NCBI GenBank assembly: GCA_030390025.1
Contig: CM059426.1
Coordinates: 183,644,001-183,708,000, forward strand
Origin: Squalus acanthias
Taxonomy: Eukaryota
DNA length: 64,000 nt
Direction of reading: 5' to 3'
This document shows positions 10,155 through 21,942 of the stretch, one piece after another (within the stretch, counting starts at the first letter, position 1; every line of letters starts with the position of its first letter). The notes under the pieces are model-generated. The model was not told the DNA's origin. It made no database searches and worked only from the letters and a program-made list of their open reading frames with translations. The position numbers were made by a program, and so were the translations under genes.

Positions 10155-13047
10155 TGTTATGGGTCCTACCATCTCAGAGTCTCCTTTTCCGTACAAACAG
10201 CAGTCCTTGAACAATCCAAGTTCCAAACACCTTTTAATGCACATAACACAAAGCAAGACCACACAGTACATCTTTCACCTCTTCCAACTCCCTGCCTCTT
10301 TCAGGGACTATTTCTCTTGAAGCTTCCCTATAATGCTTAGCTGGCTGGGGAAAGCCTCCACCCACTCCAGGTGCTCCCACTCCCAGTGTAATTATCTTTA
10401 AAGGGAACGTTCTTAAAGGGGCCATACCCATCTTCTAGGATCATGGCCCTCATCCGTCTGTGGCTGACATACCGACCCTCAATCACCCCCTGCTACACAC
10501 TAACCCCACCCCAGCATAGAGCCATCTGGTCTAGCGGCCTGCACCGCGAGGCAGTATGCTCGGGAGAGGGTATTGGCGTTCCCATGAGCCACTCCCGCCC
10601 GGTGCTCCACCTCAAAACAATAGGGCTGGAGGAACAAAAAAACACTGGGTAAAACAGGTGTATTTTGCTTTGTTGGACCGCAACCATTTGAGGGGCGCAT
10701 GATCGGTTATTAGGAGAAACTACCACCCGAGTAGGTAGTACCTTTAAGATTTCTACGGCTCATTTAATTGATAGGCACTCCTTCTCTACCGTAGTGCACT
10801 ATTGTTCCCGAAGCAACAGGTTCCTGCTCAGGCTGTTCCTCTCCCTCAACTAGTTGAGAGTACAGCAGAGGCATTGGTTTGCAACACAAATCTTTTGCTA
10901 AAGTCTGGGATCCTGAGCACAGGATTAATACACAGCACTTTGCTCAGGTCCCTGAAAGCAGCCTCTGCCTCAGGGTTCCACCGGACCCGTTTTGGTGCCT
11001 TAGCTTTAGTCAGGTTGGTAAGAGGGGCGGTTTGGGTAGCAAATTCCTGAATAAATTGTCAGTACAACACCCAAAAGTCCTGACTTGCTTCTTACTCCCA
11101 GTCAGGCCAGGCTTTTAAAGCTTCTACTTTGTTAACCTGACGCATCACCACCCCGCCCCCCTACAGTGTATTCTACGTATTTGGTCTTGGACAACCCAAT
11201 GTGGCACTTTTCTGCATTTGCCGTGAACCCAAATATCCTTAGGCTGTCAAATACAGCGTCCATCGTGCGTATTTGTGAACCCCAGTCTGTACTATAGATG
11301 ATGACATCATCCAAGTGTGCTGCTGCATACTGGGTATGAGGCCTCAATACTTGGTCCATGAGTCTTTGGAAGGTGGCTGGGGCCCCACACAATCTAAATG
11401 ACATGACGGTGTACTGGTAGAGCCCCTCAGGAGCTGCAAAAGCAGTTTTCTCTTTCACAGACTCCCTTTGGTCATTTCTAAGGGGGTGAGATAATTGGCT
11501 TTCCCCAATCTCTCAAACAACTCATCCCCCCAGGGCATCGAGTAAACATTGAATTTGGATACCTCATTCAGTTTCCGAAAGTCATTACAGAACCGCCAGT
11601 TCCCGTCATGTTTCGGAACTAAAACAATGGGGCTACTCCATTCACTATGTGATTCTTCATTCACTCTTAGTCTCAACATCCTTTTAATCTCCTGGCTTAC
11701 CTCCTTCCGTTTGGCTTCTGGGATTCTGTAAGGTCTTACTTTTATGGTCACCTCGGGTGGCGTCACCAGGTCATGGCAGATCGCCTTCTTGGGTCGCGTT
11801 GTAAATACATCGTGGTTCTGGTGTACCACGTCCTGAGCCTGCCGATACTGATCCTCAGTCAGTTCACTAGAGACGTGAACTGATCTTTGTACCTTGAGGT
11901 CAGGGCTCCCTATTGGTTCCTCCATCACTGGAAGGGCCTCTCTCTCTCTCCATGGCTTTAGGAAGTTCATGTGGTAGATCTGCTCAGGCTTCCTTCTGTG
12001 AGGTTGCCTGATCTTATAGTTCACCGGGCCCACCGTCTCTATAACTACATAAGGTCCCTGTCACTGCACAAAGAGCTTGCTTTCAGGTGTAGAGACAATG
12101 ACCATAACGCGGTCGCCTGGTCGTAACCTCCTGACCGCAGCCTCATTATACTGGGCGCTCTGATTTTCCTGTGCCTTCTCTAAATGAGCTCTCACTATGG
12201 GTGTAACTGCTTCGATCGGCTCCCTCATCTTCACTATGTGTTCAACAATATTTTTGGAGGGACTATTTTGTACCCTCCCATTTCTCTTTAGCAATGTCAA
12301 GGATTCCACGAGGCTGTTGCCCATACAGCAGATCAAACGGAGAAAACTCTGTAGAGGACTGGGCCACCTCCCTAACTGCGAACATGAGATACGGCAGTAG
12401 GGTAAACCAGTTTTTCCATCCTTATCCCCAACTTTTTTTTTTAAGCATACTCTTGAGGGTTCCATTGAGGAATCTCTCCACAAGACCATCGGTTTGAGAA
12501 TGGTGCACTGAGATCCTTAGACTCTTGATGTGGAGCAGGTCTTTCAGCAGTTTGGACACAAAGGGAGTACCCTGGTCCGTTAAGATCTCCTTTGGGATCC
12601 CCAGCTTGGAGAACATCTTCACTAATTCACCCGCTAAGGTTTTAGACATTGTGTTCCTTAGTGGAATTGCCTCGGGATATCTCGTGGTATAGTCAACAAC
12701 TACTAAAATATACTGGTGTCCTTGTGCTGACCTCTCTAGCGGTCCCACTAGGTCCATAGCGATCCTTTCGAAGACCACCTCAATTACTGGGACAGGGACT
12801 AATAGAGTGCAATAGTGAGGCCTGGGTCCACACAGTATGTATTTCAGCTCTTTAACTCCTAACCTCTTTCAGGGACTACTTCTCTTGAGCCTCCCCTTTT
12901 ATGCTTAGCTGGCTGGTGAAAGTCTCCTCCCACTCCAGGTGCAATTATCTTTAAAAGGGAGGTTCTTAAAGGGGCCATACCCTTCCTCTGGGTTCAGGGC
13001 CCTCATCAGCCTGCAGCTGACATACCTCCCTCAATCACCCTGCTACA
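10155..13047 (-). mobile_element. Gmr1-like Gypsy LTR retrotransposon, decayed, gag/protease deleted
   Basis: LTR 10155-10497 (TG..CA) and partial second LTR ~12828-13047; ATAT on both flanks; purine-rich PPT-like GGGGTGGGGTTAGTG next to the 3' LTR. Integrase FERIAMDLVGPL..YILVVVDYTTRYPEAIPL..EILTDQGT (12422-12778) lies upstream of RT WSSPIVLVPK..RFCNDFRKLN..APATFQRLMD..HLDDVII (11132-11760). Confidence 0.92.
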
Positions 13048-13686
13048 ATATATAATTACACAATATATATGATATATAGATACATACATAATATATATAC
13101 ACACACAAATGCCAACTCTGATTAAGTCAACCATTTAAAAAAAAGATATAGGAGGCATTTTTCCACATAACATTCAAAGATAACTCACTGTAATGCCTTA
13201 TCCTGGAACACTCTCTCAAGTGTACTACAGTGTTTAGGCATGCCTTACAAATCATTGGATTTTACAGTGTTTAATATACTTACCTACCTACGTATGAAAG
13301 GTAGTCAGAGTCAATTCACACAGCAGTCCATTTCAATAAATGAGATTAGAAGGAGCATATGAAAAATGTTCCAAAGGGTTTACATTGGCTAACATATGAT
13401 TACAAAATAAGTACCATGCAACCTCTACCCAGGATTCAGAATTCACCAAGCATGAGTCCCACACCATGCCATCGCCCACTCCTTTGTCAAAGTTTCACAA
13501 AATCCACTGTAGCGAGTTAGTAGGAAGCAGATATATTGAGGTTAGAATTTCAAGCAGTGGCAATAGTGCAATTTGCAGAGTGGAGAGCCAAACCATTTCT
13601 GCCACACAGATCAATCCTGAAATGCTGAGAACTGCAAACGAGCCTACGTTTTCACTATAGACCCATTTACAGTTTGTTAAACTCAC

Positions 13687-13773
13687 TGGTTGTGAAACGG
13701 ATGCTTTCTGCTTTCAAAATCTTCCAGCAGAAGATACTCGTCCCCCTCTTCTGTGGCAAATGATGATGCTCGG
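13687..13773 (-). CDS. GAB1: GAB1 in-frame cassette exon (29 codons), probable homologue of the striated-muscle-specific insertion
   Basis: Acceptor cttccatttcccctgtttgtgaaatag| and donor |gtgagt; 87 nt, phase 2 to 2, no stop codon. Encodes SRASSFATEEGDEYLLLEDFESRKHPFHN(Q). Confidence 0.8.
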
Positions 13774-16649
13774 CTATTTCACAAACAGGGGAAATGGAAG
13801 ATGACAACATAACAAAGGCTTGGCGAGATCTAATTACAGAGCTGAGTGTAATAAAGAGCTCAATTAAACAAAAGGAAACATTTGCTTGCATGAAAGTGCC
13901 ATCTTCCACTGACATGCAGCTGACTATAAAGCAGTGTATTACAAAATATAATCAATTTGCAACCTTTTAATTCTGTGTATATCCTGTCAAATTATAATTG
14001 GCACTAAACAAACTGAACTGTGTATATAAAAATCAACTGACGCACAGGCAAATAATTGAATAGCTGCTGCATTGTTAATGTTTCAAATTTAATATCCAAC
14101 ATACACTATTAACTTTGTTAAATATTGGCATTGTATCAGTAGCTTACCTTATTACTGTTTCCCTTCAAGGGCGAGTGCCTAAAATTCACAAGTGCCATAG
14201 ATACAAGCAAGCTATAAAAGTCTTTCTCAAGAGTAAAATAATAAATACAAACTTACTGGAAGTCAATTTATTTTGTACATAGTTTCATTCGACATTGAAG
14301 TCTACAGGGTGCAACAGATTTGGAGCTTGTGTGTGTAATTAATTGCAACAATTTACAAAAGTTTCAGGCATCAAAATGCCTTTAACAGCCTTGAAATCTC
14401 TCGCTCTAGGTTTGAGATGTCATCATCTCTGATTCAGAGATGGTCAAGAAGAGCAAGTGGAAAGAAATGGCAAGCAAATAGATTGAAGCCATGTCAAGAG
14501 ACCATTGAGTAGCTTCTGCAATGATTTAATACCCTTTCCTTTCACCTTGAACCTTGTCTGAATCCTGCCCAGTCTAATAGGATGAAATGATCCAACACAG
14601 ACATGATGGGCTGAATATGGTGTAAAAGAGGCCTATCTTCTATGATTTTATGGCAAGCCCTTTGCGCATCACCCACAAGGATCTTATATTAACTGAGTGT
14701 GGGATCGGCCTCAACTCAGGTCCAAGCAGGTGCGGGGGCCATAGGACAAAACTCCTTGATCTTAGCAATCTTAAACCAGTGGTTACAGGAGAGCTGAAAG
14801 TAGAAAAGTTCCCACTGGTACAAGTTAGGGGGAATGCTCTTCTGAGAGTGGAGCTAAGACACATAAGAGAAAAATCTCCTTTGTGTGCCAAGTGCAGAAT
14901 GGTAAACCTGTTCTTTATAAGTGGGTTTATGATTTTGCTGCATCTAAGGCACAGAGAAAATCTTCCCTATTGTTGAATAGAGCAGAGGGGGTTTATTCTT
15001 GATCTGGCAGTGCTATACAATTTGGGAATACATAACACAGACAGTGGATGCAAAACATGAGACCATATTCCATTGATCAGTCTAAACATCCCATTGAAGA
15101 GAGATAAAAGTACATTACACTAAATAAGTTGAAAAGGTCTGTGTAGATAAAGTCCAAAATAGGTAGTTTGTACAAATGGTTTTTCTAATGTTGTTGATTA
15201 TGAGGGATGAATATATAATGGGTGTTTGTAATCACATACATTTAGTTCACATGATCATTCGTAGCAAAGTTTGACATTTAACAATTAAAAATTCCACAGA
15301 TCATAAACCACAAGTATTGATAAGGAAGGCGACCTGACACATCTTAGCTCAAAGAAACATGTACAGTTTCCCATCACAGCATCCAACTGCCGGTTATATG
15401 ACAACGACTTTGGCTTGTATGGAATTACATGAGATGCTTCTGGAACATTTGGAAAATTATGATGAGCTTTTTTTAAAAAAAAAAGAAAATTGCATATATG
15501 CAACAACTAGACCAAATCATATGCGTTCACCATTTAATAGTGACTCTTTTTAGACTTAAATGTTAGCGGGGTGATTACTGGCAAAAGTTTAAGACACTAA
15601 TGGGCCTTCTGTGGTACTGCTCATGGGTAGTCAAGGGTTTGCTGACCGGTTTTAATGGTTAGCTACTAATCTGACCTTGACCTTCAAGGCCAATGATCCA
15701 ATTCAAGGAATGGTAACTACTAGGAAACTGTTGAGGTCAGAAAGTAGTTGAAATTTTTAGATTCCACATCAGTGTTCTCTTTTCTTTGTAACACTATTGT
15801 TTTGCACCTTCTTGCATCTGTAACAGATGCACGCTAGATGTAAGACTTTATACTAGCCGCTGCTCATAGTAGGCCAGAGGATGCAATGTTTTATAAAGAC
15901 AAGAACATTGTACCATGCAAAAAACAGGTATCATTCTTCTGCTAAAGTGGAAGTATGTGCTCTTTTGAAGTTACAAAGTCTCTAAGTGCTGTTAGGCAAA
16001 CACTGGGATGATACAGATGTCAATTAAGAGACTCCAGACATCCTGACTCAGTTATTCTGTGTCCCTGGAGGGATCCTTCGTATTTCACTTTGAAGAGTGG
16101 CAGAGTTGAGTGTGAAAGAGAAGTGAGGCAAACAGGAAGGTTTATTAAATTATGTTAAATATATGATAACTTACTAGCATATTTCTATTTATTTTAAGAG
16201 AAAAATCCAGAAATAACCCATTTCCAGGTTATGTTCTGATACTATACTTTTCAGTTGATAGTTTTAAACTAAATTGATCTTTAACTCCCAGTAACACGAT
16301 GAGTGAATTTAATACAGATGGATTTCTAAAATATCTTTTGAAACATTAGTTCTAAGCATTAAACAATGAAAGCTGCAAAATCATACAGAATATAATTGTT
16401 ATTACAGCTTTGCATTCTGAGGAATCGAATGTAAGTGCAATTCGGAAGTTTTAATTACCAAGGGTTCATCAGAAAATTTTAAACCTACAAAATTGGTGAT
16501 GTAATTGAAGAATGCAACAGAGTCTCAGAGGATGACAAAATGTGTCAGAAGACAATTCCAATATAAAAACTTCTCAAAACATTTCTGAAGGCACAATTAA
16601 ACTTAAACTATGTTATGTAATTTCTGTGTAATGGTATAGATAAATGCAC

Positions 16650-17500
16650 TGAAGCTGAAACCCTAATCCATATCTTCTTCACCTTGATGATTAATTTCCT
16701 CAATGCTCTCCTTGAGGACCTCCAACCTTGCAAACTTCACCTGATCCCTGGACCCACATCTCCTGCACTTCCATCATCTCTGCCCTTGCCAAGATCCACT
16801 GGCCCAGTGTCCTCATGACAAACCAACTTCAAGATCCTTGTCCTTGTATTCAAATCCCTCCATCATATCAAAATGATATGTCTATACATGCACCATCCAT
16901 TCTTCTGTGCAGATTATTGCTTGTACCCCACTCTTTCTGCTACTCCACTAAAGGCCAATCTTTCAATCACATGGCCCCTGGCAGCTTTGCTTAGTGATTG
17001 CACACTTGCCTCTGAATCAGGTCATGATTTCAAGCCCTGCTCCAGAATTTGAGTACATAATCTAGGCCGACACTTCAGTGCACTAACGAGGGAGTGCTGC
17101 ATTGTTGGAAGCGTTGGCATTTCATGAGATGATTACCTGCCTGTTCAAGTGTACATAAAAGATGCCAGGCACTATCTGAAGAGGAGCAGGAGTATTGTCT
17201 TGGTGTCCTGGTCAATAATTATCCTTCAAGCAAAACCACCAAAAACAGATTAACTGATTATTTATCTCACTGCTGTTAGTGTGCATAAATTGGCTGCTGC
17301 ATTTGCCTGCATTACATCAATGACTTCAAAAAGTAATTTATTGCCTGTGAAATGCTTTGGGACATTGAAAATGTGAAAGGAGCAATATAAATGCAAGTTC
17401 TTTCTTTGCCCTGTATAATTCTCTCCTAAAACAACTTTGTCTTGCTACTTCTCTCCCTACTTTCAAAAGCTTGCAGGATACCCTTCACTTGACTAAGCCT
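16650..17500 (+). mobile_element. Decayed L2-like LINE fragment interrupted by a SINE
   Basis: GCTGAAACCCTAATCCAT..CTCAATGCTCTCC (AETLIH...NALL-like) and ATCCACTGGC..CTTCAAGATCCTTGTCCTTGTATTCAAATCCCTCCAT (LHW..FKILVLVFKSLH). Confidence 0.6.
16990..17407 (+). mobile_element. DeuSINE/SacSINE1-like SINE
   Basis: Same head, core and tail as 26-427. Confidence 0.75.
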
Positions 17501-19353
17501 TGTAACGATTTCATATTTACCCTCCTGTTATTAATTGGGTCCGGCTACCATTTGGAGGTCTCCTCTCGTATAATAATTTTACTAATTAACTGGGTGGTCT
17601 TGTATTTTTTTAGTCAGCTGGTAAGAATCTCTCTCCCTTAAAGGAAGCGGGTACTTTCCGCTGCCACCACCACCCCCCCTCCCAGTAATCCCAGTTAGTT
17701 AATTTATTCTTCATTGATTCTCAAATCCTTTTTATTTATCTCATACTTCAAAAATTGTCCTCTATTTTATACACACTTTTAGATAGCCAATCACACATGG
17801 CAACTTGGTTATTACAATACACAGAATTACAGACAATGTAATGGCACTCACAAGTGCATGACAATGAGTAGGTTTTCAGTTGTTGCTCTGCTCGCTCTCT
17901 CTATTACACTGGAGACTCTGACTTTGACCGAGGACCTGTGCTTCTTCCCTGGTTCCCTGTCTTTCAGTCTCCCTGTCTCTCGAGTCTCCTTCTCTGTCCC
18001 TGCTCCCTTTTATGCCTTGCTCTTCTAGCCAAATGTGACCTATGCTGCTCGCTGATTCACCCCACGCAACCTCTGCTGGCTTCTTCCGGATTCATTTTAA
18101 GTGGCTGCCGCACTTGACTGCGGAACTGCACCCACTACTTGACCCTGCCTTTTTGACAAATGATGGAGCGTTTCGCTACAGCCTTCTGTGTTCTCCCTCG
18201 CTCCTTCCCTAAATTTGCCTCCTCCCACCTCAGTTCCCACTTTTTCTTTATGAAGTGCTCCAAGGGGTTTCCTTTTATATAAGTACTAGTAGCAGTTATG
18301 GTAGTTTTGAAAGGGAGCTGTGTAACTGGTTGCATATGTCCTACTTCTAAGCGGTTACGTTTCTTGAAATTTGCAAATCTGGCTGGGATAAATCTGTTCA
18401 TTCCTGCATAGATATGGATTGCGATGAAAAACAGGATAGTACTGTTGTGAGCAAGTTTTCATCTGGAGAACATTTCCACTGATAAGTTTGTGCAATTCAG
18501 ATGAAAGAATTGCTGTTTTTTTGCATTGCCAGACAGACAGAAGTAGACCAAAACACTTTTAAAAGCTTTAGTTTCCATGATAATGTGATTCAAATAAATA
18601 GTCCAATAGTGGCCTTTTCATTTTAAAAAAGTATATAGGTTTAAAGTTTAATGAGGAATAGAGGGTTAAAGACTGAGCAAAGGAAGACAGGTAACCAACA
18701 CAGAGGAATAGATTTTGGGAAAGAGACAGAGCTTGGGAGTAATAGCGTGAAAGATTCAAAAACCGAACAGAGGCAGAGTGAGGATAGTTTCACTTCCTAG
18801 TTTCCTAATCCATTGACCAAGAAAACACCATCCTCATACTTTCAACTTTGTCACATTGGATACTTTGCCACATTTTAAGTAAGTTAACTTGGCAACAAAT
18901 TAAGTTCATTAATGCGACAGGGCACAAGTAAAAAAAGTCAACTATCTGCCCATCTTTTTTTCAGCATCTCTATAATATTAAATATTTCCTAAAAAATTAA
19001 GAATGATGCAAGTGATAAGCATCAAAGAAACAGTCATGATATCATTGTTCAAAATTTAATTCAGGAACTTCCCCAGCTCATATGCCTACGTAAACACTGA
19101 AAATTCAATAGCCAACCTCAAAATATGAGGCGCTTTTTATAAAAATATATATATATTTTTTAAATCACTACAAATCAAGACAGTCTATAACCATTTACAG
19201 AGAGTAAAATTTACATTCCTATTTAGAATAATACTCCAAATTATACAAATGGTTACGTCACGTCCCGATTTTAACAAACTCTTCAGATTAAGCACTGTAG
19301 CACTAATGCACTTTATAAACAGTACTGTAACACTTTCCAAACACTCATCTTAC

Positions 19354-19576
19354 CTGGCAGGCTCAGGCTTTTTGCTTTCACAGTTGGCTAACCACAGATA
19401 ATCCTGTGGATCTTCCTGGCTGGATAACGACTCCGGATGTCGCACACTGATCGGCTGATAGGGGGGAGGTAGCGAACCCATGGAAATTGTTGGCCGTACA
19501 GAAGGCTGTGTAGTACTGACAGAAAGAGGTACCTCAGTAACGGCATGGCCAGAGGGATTGGATGGCTTAACAGCAT
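19354..19576 (-). CDS. GAB1: GAB1 coding exon 3
   Basis: Acceptor ttgtag| and donor |gtaag; 223 nt, phase 1 to 2. Reads DAVKPSNPSGHAVTEVPLSVSTTQPSVRPTISMGSLPPPYQPISVRHPESLSSQEDPQDYLWLANCESKKPEPA(R), matching the GAB1 LPPPYQ...QEDPQDYL...KKPEP motifs. The ORF track shows it only in the wrong frame. Confidence 0.95.
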
Positions 19577-21728
19577 CTACAATGGGACAAAAAGAGCCAG
19601 TGATCAGCAGCTAGATCAATAAAAGTATTTAGGAAAAAATGGACACTTAACAACGATGTTCAACTTTTAACGGCACAAACTGGGAACAGGGCAGGTGTCA
19701 GGTCAATATTTGTAAATTAACAGAATTAGTCATTCTACATTTTATTTGAAAGTTAAATTCTAATTGTGCCAGTGCGTTCAGCAAACGTTCCAATCTTCTG
19801 AAAACTTCAAAATGCATCCTGAGAGAATAATTAAACCAGATGCATTGGGCAGACTGCAGAACAATCTTGCCGTATTTCACAAACTTTCATAGACTTTTCT
19901 CTGGAGCTCATAATGGGTTAAAGACTCCAGAAATTTTTTTGTTCCAACTGTAAACTACTTCCCCGTGTGCTTTGACAAACAGATTTTGTGGCTGGAGAAA
20001 CGTAGGCATTGTAGTAGTTCTGAGACTTTTTTATCCTCTTTCTCTGATGTGTCTTAATTAGGAACCCAGCAACACCTCTGAACTGTACTCTCTCAAACTG
20101 GAATGAGATACTGGACTAAATCATTTGGGGGAGGTCCTCTTGGAAGACAAGATAATATTCTGAACATTAACAAAGCTGATTCAGCACTGAAACATTTCAG
20201 GCTCTCAAAGTCCTTCCCCCCGACCCCCACCAGAAAACACCTTTTTTGTTAAACAGCTTGTCAACAAATTTCCATATCAAACCAAACCTTTTATGAACCA
20301 AAACATGTGTCTTTATTCTCAGGCAGATATGAGTTAGTGTAGCCAGAGTCTAATAATTAACCTGGCAAATGGCTTAATGGTGAACAAATCAGATGCTCAT
20401 GACATTCTTCAATCACTTTAGATGAGGAAAATGCCATATCACAAGACTACCTCAAATAGACAAAAGCTACTGCCCGGTGGTATTTATAGATAAAATACAC
20501 AGAGGCAGAAAGATACAAGCACAATTTACACTCCCAAATTCTTAAAACTTCTCTCAATGAACTCTTAGAGAGACAGTCTCTGGTGGTACACATGCAAAAT
20601 TCTTGCTTATGGAATTCGCTCACCCTCGTCACATGAGGAAACAAACAGAAGAATGACGACAATGCCTGACATCCCTACATTGATGAATGAAATAGCTTCT
20701 TTGTAGATTGTCTTGAATAAACAGAAAATGAATAAGCTAAAAGCCCAGTAAACAGGCTAATGGCTTAGGAATTGGGTCGCTTCTCAAGCCGTGTATACTT
20801 TTAAATTAGACGGTTTTTAACACCAGATAACAATTGGAAATTGTATTTTTAGATGTCACCAAGATGAATGTTCATTCTGCAATGAAATAGCCCCGTGAAG
20901 GATTCAGAAGATACACATGGATCAGGAAAGTTATTCATTTCATATTATTTCATGCATCCAGAATGACCTGACACATCTCAGCTCCCCACCATCACCACCC
21001 CCACTATTGTAGCACTAATTGTTTCTTAAATGATACTAGGGTTTTTGCCTCCTCAGTTTGCCATTCCAAGTGTTGAGCACTCTAAGGACAAAATTTGTGT
21101 CATCAATCCTAAAATTACCTTCTGCTAGTTTGAACCTGTGTCCCCTTGTCCTACTCGCAGTTTGATTTAATGTGGTATTCTTGATTAATGTTTCTGTACT
21201 GTTAACTTATTTACTTCTGTAGGAGTACCTCTTAGACACCCCTTTTCAAGGCTGAAAAGCCCAAGTCACTCAAGTCTTTCCTCACAACTCAGACCTTTGA
21301 CACTAGGGATTAGCCCCATAGCTCTTTTCCGCACTGCCTCCAGCGCTTGAAAGTCGCCCTTTTTCCTTCGTGACTAGAACCTGACAGTACTCAAGGTGTG
21401 GTCTGACCAGAGCTTCCGCTGACTTGTATTCTACTGTTTTGGCTATGTAGTTAACATTCTTCTGGCTTTGTTGATTGTTTCTCTGCATTGACTGGACATG
21501 TTGAGCATTGAGTCTACCAAGAGTCCTAGGTCCCTTTTAGTTTCATCCTTAGCTATTTTAATACGATTCATGGAGTATTTCGGCCATTTTGCCTTCCTAT
21601 GTGCAAAAGTTTACATTTGTCTGCACTAAATTTCATCTGACATAGTCTGGCCTACTCACAAATTTTTGTTTAACTCATTCTGTAATTTCTGGGCTTTCTC
21701 CTTTGATTCCACTGCTTCCTCCTAGTTT

Positions 21729-21942
21729 CCATGTTGCGGAGGTGCCGGTGTTGGACTGGGGTGGACAAAAGTGAGAAGTCGCACAACACCAGGTTATAGT
21801 CCAACAGCTTTATTTGAAATCACAAGCTTTCGGAGCGCTGCTCCTTCGTCAGGTGACGAAGGAGCAGCGCTCCGAAAGCTTGTGATTTCAAATAAAGCTG
21901 TTGGACTATAACCTGGTGTTGTGCGACTTCTCACTTTTGTCC
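21729..21942. mobile_element. Perfect palindromic PLE-tail insertion (family B) with 12-bp TSD
   Basis: 21763-21851 and 21854-21942 are exact reverse complements (89-bp arms, 2-nt spacer). TCCTCCTAGTTT is duplicated at 21717-21728 and 21940-21951. PLE origin is inferred from the architecture and the hammerhead motif. Confidence 0.88.
21819..21857 (-). ncRNA. Minimal type I hammerhead ribozyme motif (PLE family B)
   Basis: GUCAC-CUGACGA-A-GGAGC(AGC)GCUCC-GAAA-GC-UU-GUGAU: stem I GUCAC/GUGAU, stem II GGAGC/GCUCC and palindromic AAGCUU stem III. Confidence 0.78.

Noticed and set aside
9942-10340. ORFs over microsatellites (also 40128-40334 and 60937-61191)
   Set aside because: Low-complexity translation artefacts.
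7602-14178. Combining the 31-nt exon with two 4-nt GTAG micro-exons would restore the frame (39 nt)
   Set aside because: Probably numerical coincidence; it needs three unsupported splicing events.
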